Part shown: in pieces, positions 17,857-26,647 of the stretch
How the letters are laid out: each line of letters starts with the position of its first letter
How positions within the stretch are numbered: position 1 is the stretch's first letter
Assembly (NCBI GenBank): GCA_964430885.1
Contig: CAYSHM010000033.1
Span: forward strand, 1-27,136
Length of the DNA: 27,136 nt
Direction: 5' to 3'
Source: an uncultured archaeon
GTDB taxonomy: Archaea > Thermoplasmatota > Penumbrarchaeia > JASLWR01
The notes under the pieces: generated by a model
Seen by the model: only the letters and a program-made list of their open reading frames with translations
Database searches by the model: none
What the model was told of the DNA's origin: nothing
Position numbers and translations under genes: made by a program

Positions 17857-20800
17857 ATCCATCACCGAACTCCTTCATTAGATATTCACCTGTGTAGCTG
17901 CCTTCAGATCCCATTACCTGCTCGGGAGTTCCAATGGCTACAATTCTACCTCCTTCGATCCCGCCCTCTGGACCCATATCGATTACCCAGTCTGCGGAGT
18001 GTATGACATCCAGATTGTGCTCTATCACAATAACGGTGTTTCCAGCTTCCTTCAACCTGTGAAGTATCTTCAGAAGATTCTCGATATCGGCAAAATGCAG
18101 ACCGGTGGTAGGTTCATCAAGTATGTACATTGTCCTGCCTGTGTCACCCTTGCTCAGCTCCCTGGCCAGCTTGATCCTCTGGGCCTCGCCGCCGCTTAAG
18201 GTGACAGCGCTCTGACCCAGTTTGATATAGCCCATACCCACATCGAGGAGGGTCCCCAGGATTCGCTCTATATTTTTCTTGCCTTTGAAAAAATCAACTG
18301 CTTCCCCTACGTCCATATCAAGGACATCGGATATGGTTCTTTCATTATATCGGATATCAAGTGTACGGGGATTGAAGCGCTTGCCTCCGCATTCGGAACA
18401 GGTAACCCATATATCGGGCATAAAATTCATCTTGATCCTTTTCTTTCCGTAGCCATCGCATGCAGGGCACTGCCCGTCCTTGGAATTGAAACTGAAATAC
18501 GATACGGAATATTTTTTCTCCTTTGCAGCATTGGTGGATGCGAAGAGCTTTCGAACCTCATCAAACACCCCGGTGTAGGTGGCGGGATTGGACCGTGGAT
18601 TCCTGCCGATGGGTGATTGGTCCATCAATATTATCCTATCGATGTTCTCAGCACCGGTGAGCTCTTCACAAAGTTCGCGGTCATAACGCCCGTCTGACAG
18701 AAGACCCGATAAAGTAGGCAGCAGTGTCTGTATCACCAGACTGCTCTTTCCCGAACCGCTCACCCCGGTTACGCAGGTCAGCACTCCAATGGGAATATCC
18801 ACACTGAGTCCTTCTATATTATTGACATTAACGCTCTTGAGAGAGATCCATTTTTCAGGCTGCTTTCGAGACTCCGAGCCCTTGGTGGTGATATGCCTTT
18901 TACCGCTTAGGAATTGTCCTGTAATTGAGTCATCATCCGTCATAACCTCCGGTGGTGTGCCGTAAGATATTATCTCACCGCCAAGAGATCCTGCGCCCGG
19001 ACCTATATCGATGAGCAGGTCAGCACTTCTCATGGTTTCGGCATCATGCTCCACAACCACAACGGTATTCCCCCTGTCCCGGAGGGTAAGAAGTGAATCC
19101 AACAGGGCCCTGTTATCCCTGGGATGGAGACCGATAGAGGGTTCATCAAGGACATAGACAAGTCCGTTGAGGTCGTTACCCAGCTGGGATGCAAGACGCA
19201 ATCGCTGGACCTCTCCCCCCGATAGGGTAGGCATGGACCGGGATAGACTCAGGTAATGGAGCCCTACCTTCAAGAGGGCGCGGGTTCTCTCCAGGGACTC
19301 TTTTATTATGCCCTCACCTATCACGGAAACTGAGGGTTCCAGAAAATCTGAAAGTCTATTGAGCCAATGGTGCAGGTCTGCAATTGTCATGGATGAGATT
19401 TCCGGGAACCTTTTGTCATGGACCTTCACGAATCGCGGTTCCGGCGCCAGACCCTCGCCTCGGCATTCAGGGCATTCTTTTTGGCTCGTATATATCAGAA
19501 GCCGTTTACGGCTTTCGGGCGAGCTTGTCTGATGCAGAAGACGCTCGATATTGGTAACTGCACCCTGGGCGGAACGCTGGAAACCAATGGTTCTGCCCCT
19601 TGTCTTCATATCGTAGCTCCACTCGAGTATCTCTTCACCGGTGCCGTAGAGAACCTTCTTTTTAAAATCCTCCGGAAGTCTGTTCCAGGGGATCTCAAGG
19701 TCTATACCGAATATGTCGGCCATTGCGAACAGCTCAGCCCTCATCCAGTTTCCAGTGGGTTTGACCTTCCTGAGTACACCGAACCATTGAGAAGCTCCGT
19801 CAAGCAGAGACAGATCCGGTTTGTCTATCACCTTGGCAATATCCACCTCATGACGTTGGCCCCGGCCTTCACAGTGGGTGCACATACCCTCCGGATTGTT
19901 TGTATTGAACATTGTGGGAGTCATTTCGAAGAAGAATCTTCTACAATAGGGGCAAGCGTTCCTCCTGCAGAACCGATATTCCCGGCCATCCATGGACACT
20001 GATAGATAACCATTACCTCTATCATAAGCATCTTTCAAAGCTGCAATTAAATCTATCTTGATCTTTTCCCTGCCGCTGCTATCTCCTGCAGGAACGTCAA
20101 ACTGTACCAGGCCCTGGCTATTGTCATTTACATTGGAACTTGCCTGATGGTCCGGTCCTGAAAGGGTACTTATTGACACCTCGGTGCCTGGAGTAGATGA
20201 TAATATCAACTCGACCAGCTCTCCCGGGCTTTGGGGTTCTACAGCCCTGGCACAGCCGGGGCAGTATCGAGTTCCCACTTTGGAAAAGAGCACTCTCATG
20301 AGGCTGTACATATCGGTTACTGATCCGACCGAAGAGCGGGGATTTCTGGCAGTGGTCCTCTGTTCGATCGCAACAGTGGGCAGCAGACCATTTATCTGGT
20401 CAACATCAGGCTCTTCCATTTGATCCGCAAGCTGACGGGCAGAGGTGGACATGCTCTTAACGAACCTGTAGTGCCCTTCTGCATAGAGTGTATCAAAAGC
20501 CAGGGATGATTTACCGCTGCCGCTGACCCCTGTTATCACCGTCAGTTTATTGTGCGGGATGCTCACATCGATATTTTTTAGATTGTTCTGTCTAGCGCCT
20601 ATAATTGTAATTGAATCGGCCCGTTTTTCCAGCGAGACATCAGCTTTTTCCAATTTGAGCGAAACCTCAGGCCTTTTGCTGCCGATAGGTTCCGCAGCAT
20701 CTATACCATCACCCAAATTTGATAAATCATTGAAAAGTATTCGCCGCCGGTCCGATGAACGCAGAATGTTAGGGTCTGCAGTACTGGCTGTTTCATCATC

Positions 20801-21706
20801 CATCATGTAAGGGGGCCAATGCCTGAACCAGTCTGGAACCCTGAAATCTCCAGCCCGGTCCAGTTGCGGAATGTATGGAACGATGTCAAGGATGGGCGTT
20901 CCGGAAAATGCATCGAAGCCTTTTATCTCCAGGGTGCCCTCATCAGCATCGATCTTTTCAACCTTCACAGTGGTCAGGCCCAGGGGATTCGGGCGCACGG
21001 GGGAGCGGGTGGAGAAAACACCGGTTCGGGGGGCGTTCTCATAAGGAGGGTTTACCTGAAGGGTCCTTCTGAACCTGCTGCTATCCAGCCGGTGGAACCA
21101 CCAGATTATCCTGACATGGGAATAACCGGATAGTTTACCGAGGGACCCAATAAAGGATCCATCAACCCTTACTATTATTTTGTTCTTGATCTTCTTAGTG
21201 ATCCCTAGAGGGCAAACCTCGTTTTCCAATAATTTCGGAATTGAAATATATTCATTGGCTTCAAGATTCATAACATCTTTATCCTCTCTTAATCCGGGTA
21301 TGTAGTCCATTGTATATGTTCCATCATCCGGAACATCCGCTTCCTTCACCCTGTCCGATACCGGAATGTGCGCCTTAATATCCAGAATGACTGCATCATC
21401 AGGTAGGTTCTCTGATTGAAATGATATCAATCCCTTCTTCATATCCGACTTATAGATGGAAATCGTTGAGATATTTATCAATCCAGATCTATCATGGACA
21501 TCTCCCGGAATGATACCACGGTAGCAGCCCCTTACTTCTGAACCGGCAGCACCAACTTTCATTCTCCAGAGAACTATAAGATGACTGAACATACCACAGT
21601 TCTTCATGGCCTTGACATACTTGGGAAATATCTTGATGAAACCCAGTCCTTTACTGGATCTCACAGCCCCTATCTGTCTCAGTAAAAATTTTTCCATATC
21701 TATCAT
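17843..21706 (-). CDS. uvrA: Fusion protein: two N-terminal TrmO/TsaA (YaeB-like, SAM-binding beta-barrel) domains plus a UvrA-family ABC ATPase
   Basis: UvrA part (about 20612-17843): GARQNNLKNIDVSIP, two GVSGSGKSS Walker A motifs, two LSGGE signatures, VLDEPSIGLHPRD and ILDEPTTGLH, QSPIGRNPRSNPATYTG, and CxxC zinc modules. TrmO part: YSHVRIIWWFH, GVFSTRSPVRPNPLGLTTV and GFDAFSGTPILDIVPY, plus a degenerate first copy with FSHLIVLW and ILDIKAHIP..DRV. Confidence 0.92.
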   Translation of the reverse strand: MIDMEKFLLRQIGAVRSSKGLGFIKIFPKYVKAMKNCGMFSHLIVLWRMKVGAAGSEVRGCYRGIIPGDVHDRSGLINISTISIYKSDMKKGLISFQSENLPDDAVILDIKAHIPVSDRVKEADVPDDGTYTMDYIPGLREDKDVMNLEANEYISIPKLLENEVCPLGITKKIKNKIIVRVDGSFIGSLGKLSGYSHVRIIWWFHRLDSSRFRRTLQVNPPYENAPRTGVFSTRSPVRPNPLGLTTVKVEKIDADEGTLEIKGFDAFSGTPILDIVPYIPQLDRAGDFRVPDWFRHWPPYMMDDETASTADPNILRSSDRRRILFNDLSNLGDGIDAAEPIGSKRPEVSLKLEKADVSLEKRADSITIIGARQNNLKNIDVSIPHNKLTVITGVSGSGKSSLAFDTLYAEGHYRFVKSMSTSARQLADQMEEPDVDQINGLLPTVAIEQRTTARNPRSSVGSVTDMYSLMRVLFSKVGTRYCPGCARAVEPQSPGELVELILSSTPGTEVSISTLSGPDHQASSNVNDNSQGLVQFDVPAGDSSGREKIKIDLIAALKDAYDRGNGYLSVSMDGREYRFCRRNACPYCRRFFFEMTPTMFNTNNPEGMCTHCEGRGQRHEVDIAKVIDKPDLSLLDGASQWFGVLRKVKPTGNWMRAELFAMADIFGIDLEIPWNRLPEDFKKKVLYGTGEEILEWSYDMKTRGRTIGFQRSAQGAVTNIERLLHQTSSPESRKRLLIYTSQKECPECRGEGLAPEPRFVKVHDKRFPEISSMTIADLHHWLNRLSDFLEPSVSVIGEGIIKESLERTRALLKVGLHYLSLSRSMPTLSGGEVQRLRLASQLGNDLNGLVYVLDEPSIGLHPRDNRALLDSLLTLRDRGNTVVVVEHDAETMRSADLLIDIGPGAGSLGGEIISYGTPPEVMTDDDSITGQFLSGKRHITTKGSESRKQPEKWISLKSVNVNNIEGLSVDIPIGVLTCVTGVSGSGKSSLVIQTLLPTLSGLLSDGRYDRELCEELTGAENIDRIILMDQSPIGRNPRSNPATYTGVFDEVRKLFASTNAAKEKKYSVSYFSFNSKDGQCPACDGYGKKRIKMNFMPDIWVTCSECGGKRFNPRTLDIRYNERTISDVLDMDVGEAVDFFKGKKNIERILGTLLDVGMGYIKLGQSAVTLSGGEAQRIKLARELSKGDTGRTMYILDEPTTGLHFADIENLLKILHRLKEAGNTVIVIEHNLDVIHSADWVIDMGPEGGIEGGRIVAIGTPEQVMGSEGSYTGEYLMKEFGDGYGDN

Positions 21707-21715
21707 CCTGGCCTC

Positions 21716-23206
21716 TCAATGATGTGAATGTCCATGTCCATGGCCTCCGCTTCCCTCATGGGGATCGGGTATACCCGGTACATGACCCAGCTGGTGACCC
21801 AGCATATGGTGATAATCCTCTATTGACATGAGATTGCCGCCTGCTCTCTCCACCACCTCTGATAGAGCAGGATGGATATGCATACCGTCCACCACAGGTA
21901 CCAGAGAACCCTCTTTAGTGTACATCAGATTGATTATTTCCTGTATAAGGACCGAGGCCTGGGGACCTATGATGTGAGCCCCGAGTATCTTCATCCCATG
22001 CCTTGCGGCGATGATCTTCACGAAACAGTCCTTCAAGCCCATTGCGCTTCCCTTTGCCGTATCCTCAAACCTCTGGAAACCTATGAGCACACCATCAAGA
22101 CCGTATTCTACAAGCGCTTCTGCCTCTCCCATGCCCACTCCGGCTATCTCCGGGTGAGTGAACACAGCATGGGGAACAGCGTGGTAATCCGCCTTCCTAT
22201 GGGCATTTCCGAATGCATTGTAGTAGACAACGGCCGCCTCGTGATTGGCAGCATGCTTGAAAAGATGCTTGCCCGTTGCGTCGCCGAAAGCCCATATATT
22301 GGGCATTGAGGTCTCCATTTTTTCATTGACCTTTATCCATCCTCTTTTATCTGTATCAATACCTGAATTCTCTGGTTTCAGAAGGGCGGTATTGGGCGCC
22401 CTGCTGGAGGCCACAAGGATCGCATCGGCGGTGACGGACTCGAGCTTGCCTGTGCCCTTATGGTCCGCTATTACCTTTATTCGGCCGTCCTTTGATCTCT
22501 CCACGCGCGTTACCTCGTGTTGGGTGAAGATCCTCATCTGCTTCTTCATCTTGTACAGCGCAACAGCTGATATTTCGGGTTCCTCCTGTTTCAGGAACTG
22601 GGTATTGCGGCCGATTATGGTGACCTTCGAGCCCATTGATGATAAAAAATGTCCATATTCGGCACCTATGTAGCCTCCTCCGATGATGACTACGGACCTG
22701 GGCAGTTCATTCAGTCCCAGGATAGTATCGCTGGTTAGATAATCTACTCCAGCCAGACCCATTATGGGCGGTATGAATATCTCCGATCCGGTACAGAGAA
22801 GGATCTTTTCGCCCTTTATCTTCTTACCGTTGACCTTTAGGACATAGGGTTCAACGAACTCAGCCGGATAAGGATAATAATCAAGGTTCCGGGCATGGGT
22901 AAGCCCTCTTCTGATATTCTCGATATCGGGGTTGATATGATCACGCATTCGATCCATTACTGCCTTGAAATCAATATTATCGATCTTTGCCTTGATACCG
23001 AATCGGTCTGCGCTATCTATTGTCCTTACAACGTCCGCAGGATAGAGGAGCATCTTGGACGGTATGCAGCCCCTTGTCAGGCATATACCACCTGGCTGGT
23101 CCTTCTCGATGACTGCTATCTTCAAATTCGGGTTCCTGCTCATAACAGCGCTGATAATGCTCATTGCAGAACCGGTACCCACAGCTATAATATCGTATCT
23201 TTTCAT
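21716..23206 (-). CDS. Class-I pyridine nucleotide-disulfide oxidoreductase (dihydrolipoamide dehydrogenase/mycothione reductase-like) with a His-rich C-terminal tail
   Basis: Redox motif GGICLTRGCIPSK, NAD(P) motif GGGYIGAE, TSMPNIWAFGD, FKHAANHEA, catalytic HIHPALSE and tail HEGSGGHGHGHSHH. Confidence 0.9.
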   Translation of the reverse strand: MKRYDIIAVGTGSAMSIISAVMSRNPNLKIAVIEKDQPGGICLTRGCIPSKMLLYPADVVRTIDSADRFGIKAKIDNIDFKAVMDRMRDHINPDIENIRRGLTHARNLDYYPYPAEFVEPYVLKVNGKKIKGEKILLCTGSEIFIPPIMGLAGVDYLTSDTILGLNELPRSVVIIGGGYIGAEYGHFLSSMGSKVTIIGRNTQFLKQEEPEISAVALYKMKKQMRIFTQHEVTRVERSKDGRIKVIADHKGTGKLESVTADAILVASSRAPNTALLKPENSGIDTDKRGWIKVNEKMETSMPNIWAFGDATGKHLFKHAANHEAAVVYYNAFGNAHRKADYHAVPHAVFTHPEIAGVGMGEAEALVEYGLDGVLIGFQRFEDTAKGSAMGLKDCFVKIIAARHGMKILGAHIIGPQASVLIQEIINLMYTKEGSLVPVVDGMHIHPALSEVVERAGGNLMSIEDYHHMLGHQLGHVPGIPDPHEGSGGHGHGHSHH

Positions 23207-23360
23207 AGTATCACAACTATATAGTACAGAATCAAAATGATTTATCGGGATAGTATTTTCAATTTATTTATACCGCCGGGCCTTTTTTATTCCTTTTCTG
23301 CTTCAGCCTATCATAGGTAGATTACCCATCCATCATACCACAATAGAAATAGAGATGAGT

Positions 23361-23411
23361 TTTAAATATAACTTCCCATTGTGGCAGTTAAGTTTAAATA
23401 TAAATTCACAT
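23361..23411. promoter_or_regulatory. Tandem TATA-containing direct repeat in the divergent promoter region
   Basis: TTTAAATATAAcTTCcCAT (23361-23379) and TTTAAATATAAaTTCaCAT (23393-23411) are 17/19 identical with 32-bp spacing. TTTAAATA fits the archaeal TATA consensus. Confidence 0.6.
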
Positions 23412-23538
23412 ATAGGTAGAAATGAAGCCGCAGAGGAATGAAGCGTTATAACCTGTCCCGTGATATTCAAGGTTTTTTTGATTTCCGGGAAGTTCCATTG
23501 TATGCTTCGATAAAAAATATTAAAAGGAGACGATTAAA

Positions 23539-23901
23539 ATGCCTTGGGGAGATAGAAGAGGACCTGAAGGAATGGGTCCGAGGACAGGCCGGGGCCTGGG
23601 TTATTGCTCAGGATATTCTTCGCCCGGTTATACTAGAAGGTTTGGAATGGGAATGGGGAGAGGCTTCGGAAGAGGAAGAGGTGGCGGAAGGGGGTTCGGA
23701 AGGGGATGGAGAGGAGGAGGAGATTACACCCCCCGTTACAACTATGATCCATTAATAGGGGCCCCTTATCCCAATACCTACATGGAGAACACAGTGGAAG
23801 ACGAAAGGGCCTACTTGAGTGAAGTTATAGTCGACCTTGAAACTCAGATTAAGACCATTAAGAACAGAATTATGGAAATAGAGAAAAATAATAAAAAATA
23901 A
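23539..23901 (+). CDS. DUF5320-family Gly/Arg-rich protein with a C-terminal coiled coil
   Basis: MPWGDRRGPEGMGPRTGRGLGYC, GRGFGRG repeats and 'E..YL......LE.QI..IKNRI.EIE'. RBS AAGGAG upstream. Confidence 0.9.
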   Translation: MPWGDRRGPEGMGPRTGRGLGYCSGYSSPGYTRRFGMGMGRGFGRGRGGGRGFGRGWRGGGDYTPRYNYDPLIGAPYPNTYMENTVEDERAYLSEVIVDLETQIKTIKNRIMEIEKNNKK

Positions 23902-24074
23902 ACCGAATTCGGAAAAATGATCCTCCGGTTAAAAGGATGCGGTACTGGTCCAAAGTCGCAAAGAAATCGTCATACAGCCAATGACGCATCCTGTTTTTAT
24001 ATCTTAAATTTAGGACATGAAAAATATCCAAACAAAACAAGGGTTTTTGAAGTCGTATTAAAGAGGTGAAAAAT

Positions 24075-24314
24075 ATGAAAAATTTACAAGGACGCGGACG
24101 AGGAGCAGGAGGTATGGGTATGGGCGGTGGAGGTAGGGGGAGGGGCAGAGGTAATGCCAGTGGAGGTGGAAGAGGAATGGGCGGAGGATCCGCCCAGGGG
24201 CCAGGGGGCATCTGTATTTGTCCCAACTGCGGACACAGGGAATCCCATGAACTAATGGTTCCCTGCTATAACAATAAATGTCCTAAATGCGGCACTCCAA
24301 TGACTAGGGGATAA
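24075..24314 (+). CDS. Small Gly/Arg-rich protein with a C-terminal six-Cys zinc-finger-like domain
   Basis: GRGRG-rich N-terminus, then GPGGICICPNCG....H...PC...KCPKCGTPMTR. GAGGTG RBS favours ATG 24075 over GTG 24066. Confidence 0.85.
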   Translation: MKNLQGRGRGAGGMGMGGGGRGRGRGNASGGGRGMGGGSAQGPGGICICPNCGHRESHELMVPCYNNKCPKCGTPMTRG

Positions 24315-24354
24315 TAGGCAGAACTTCACATATGAAAAATTCGGAGAGATACGT

Positions 24355-26169
24355 ATGATAAGTATTGCAATAGCCAGCGGGAAAGGTGGTACTGGGAAGA
24401 CATTTGTAGCGACCAATATCGCCCGGACCCTGGAAAACATGGGGCGCCGGATCACCTATCTTGACTGCGATGTTGAGGAACCCAATGGACACCTTTTCCT
24501 CAGGCCTGACATCTCTAAAGAAACAGATATCGAGATATTGTCCCCCCTAGGTGTTGATAATGAAAAATGCATAGGATGCGGAAAATGCGCACGCGCATGC
24601 AACTACAATGCCATTGCTATGATTCGAAGCAAAGTAATTTTCTTCCCCGAGCTTTGCCATATATGCGGAGCGTGCAGCCTGGTATGCCCTGCCGATGCTA
24701 TTGTGGAAGGCAATAAGCGTATTGGCACAATTAATGAAGGACATGCAGGAAATATTGATTTCACCTACGCGGAACTTGAAACTGGGGAGGGAGGAATGTC
24801 CCCCAGGCTAATTCAGAGGGTCAAACAGAACCTTGGGGAGGGCATCAATATCTTGGACTGTCCCCCCGGAACCGCCTGCCCAGCGGTGGAAAGCATAATA
24901 GGTGCAGACCTAGTGGTGCTTATTACCGACCCCACACCCTTCGGGGTCCACGACCTTAAACTTGCGGTCAACATGTGCAGAGAGATGAATATCGAACCCG
25001 TAGTTCTGGTGAACAGGGCGGATTATCTCAACCAGGATCTTAAGACCTACTGCAGGGAAGCGGAACTGAAAATAATAGGTGAGATCCCGGACGACAGGAA
25101 AGTAGCTGAGCTTTATTCCGATGGCGGGCTGGTAGTGGACCAGAATGATGAATACAAAGCTATGTTCCTCAAGCTTGCAGAAATACTGATCAAGGAAGCT
25201 TCCCAAACGAGGGCGGTAAAGGCAGCTGTTGATCTGGAATACTCAGGGAGTGAATTTGAGGCTAAGGAGCTTAGACCTACCCCTATCAAAGGAAGGATGG
25301 GCAGTAAAAGCGAACTTGTGATCATTAGTGGCAAAGGGGGTACGGGAAAGACTTCATTGGCCGCCTGTTTTGCAGCGCTAGACGATAAACCCGTCATAGC
25401 GGATTGCGATGTGGATGCGGCGGATATGCATCTAATAACCCAGCCCCTAACAAGGGAAAAAGGCATCTTCACTGGTGGTGTCACCGCCAGGATAGATACC
25501 AACAAATGTACCAAATGCGGAATATGTAAGAATGAATGCAGGTTCGGTGCTGTGGATATTCTGGATGGTCATTACCGCATAGACCCTTTTAAATGCGAGG
25601 GATGCGGTGTGTGCAAGATCGTATGCCAGGAAGGTGCAATTATTACAGAAAAGGCACGAAATGGCGAATGGTATATCTCCGATACCCGCCTAGGACCAAT
25701 GGCCCATGCAAGACTGGGATTGGCAGAGGAGAACACAGGGAGACTTGTAAGTCTGGTCAGGGAAAAGGCCCAGGGACTGGAAGCAAAGGGAAAACTTATA
25801 GTGATAGACGGCGCACCGGGGACAGGATGTCCCGTAATAGCATCGCTGACGGGCTCTACCTATGCAGTTGTTGTCACCGAACCCACTGTCTCGGGTATTC
25901 ACGATATGAAACGGGTGATGAAAGTGGCTGAGCATTTTGGAATAAGAGGCGGAGTTATTGTGAACAAATGCGACCTGAATCCGAAAAACACCCATAAAAT
26001 TTGGAAGATCGCTGATGAAATGGGATTTTCCTTCCTTGGGGAAATACCTTATGACGGCTCCTTTACCGAGGCTCAGATGGAAGGTAAATCCTTGGTTGAG
26101 CACCAAAAGGGACCGACCACAAATAAGATACGCGAAATTTGGCATGAACTGAAAAAGGAGATTTATTAG
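24355..26169 (+). CDS. Tandem fusion of two MinD-superfamily P-loop ATPases, each with an inserted 2x[4Fe-4S] ferredoxin domain (COG1149-like)
   Basis: Two copies of SGKGGTGKT, DCDV(E/D), CxxCxxCxxxC pairs, D.(P/A)PGT.CP and T(D/E)PT..G.HD in one 604-aa ORF. Confidence 0.92.
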   Translation: MISIAIASGKGGTGKTFVATNIARTLENMGRRITYLDCDVEEPNGHLFLRPDISKETDIEILSPLGVDNEKCIGCGKCARACNYNAIAMIRSKVIFFPELCHICGACSLVCPADAIVEGNKRIGTINEGHAGNIDFTYAELETGEGGMSPRLIQRVKQNLGEGINILDCPPGTACPAVESIIGADLVVLITDPTPFGVHDLKLAVNMCREMNIEPVVLVNRADYLNQDLKTYCREAELKIIGEIPDDRKVAELYSDGGLVVDQNDEYKAMFLKLAEILIKEASQTRAVKAAVDLEYSGSEFEAKELRPTPIKGRMGSKSELVIISGKGGTGKTSLAACFAALDDKPVIADCDVDAADMHLITQPLTREKGIFTGGVTARIDTNKCTKCGICKNECRFGAVDILDGHYRIDPFKCEGCGVCKIVCQEGAIITEKARNGEWYISDTRLGPMAHARLGLAEENTGRLVSLVREKAQGLEAKGKLIVIDGAPGTGCPVIASLTGSTYAVVVTEPTVSGIHDMKRVMKVAEHFGIRGGVIVNKCDLNPKNTHKIWKIADEMGFSFLGEIPYDGSFTEAQMEGKSLVEHQKGPTTNKIREIWHELKKEIY

Positions 26170-26261
26170 ATTCGAATAACTGCATTTTTCTTTTTACCGT
26201 GAATTAATAATATTACTGGCAGAAAAATAATAACTGAAAATCAATATGGAGAAGTGATAAG

Positions 26262-26615
26262 ATGAAAGTGGCAATATCCTCTAAGGGGCCTGAAAGAACA
26301 GATGAAATGGACATGAGGTTCGGCAGGGCGCCCTTCTTTGTAACTGTGAATACGGAGAATATGAAATACGGAAGCCTAAAGAACGATAAAGCTGGCGGCA
26401 TGGGAGGAGTGGGGCCTCAGGTGGTCCAAATGCTAGCGGAGATCGAAATTGACAAGATCATCACTGGCAATCTGGGACCAAATGCCCTGAAAACCATCAT
26501 AGCGGCGGGGATACAAGCTTTTCAGTATCAGGGTACTGTGGAAGATGCAGTGGATTGCTTGATGAAAGGGGAACTGAACCAAATAGAGAATAAGACGGTC
26601 GAGGGGCACTGGTAA
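26262..26615 (+). CDS. NifB/NifX-family (COG1433) protein
   Basis: MKVAISS.G.....D.RFGRAPFF...GG.G....Q.L....IITGNLGPNA. Confidence 0.9.
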   Translation: MKVAISSKGPERTDEMDMRFGRAPFFVTVNTENMKYGSLKNDKAGGMGGVGPQVVQMLAEIEIDKIITGNLGPNALKTIIAAGIQAFQYQGTVEDAVDCLMKGELNQIENKTVEGHW

Positions 26616-26647
26616 TGCCCATTTATTAGTTAAAAAGGTGATCATAC

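Noticed and set aside
21716-23206. Mercuric reductase MerA
   Set aside because: Lacks the C-terminal Cys-Cys pair and the N-terminal HMA domain, and retains the HxxxxE catalytic motif.
10609-23360. Central minus-strand block as a mobile element
   Set aside because: No integrase or transposase, terminal repeats, target-site duplication or tRNA attachment site was seen.
23438-23755. 105-aa ORF overlapping the DUF5320 gene in another frame
   Set aside because: Its Glu/Gly-rich sequence is a frame-shifted reading of the GGA/AGA-rich DUF5320 codons; the 23539 frame has the family signature and an RBS.
23870-24226. Pro-rich minus-strand ORF
   Set aside because: Antisense of the Gly-rich 24075-24314 gene.
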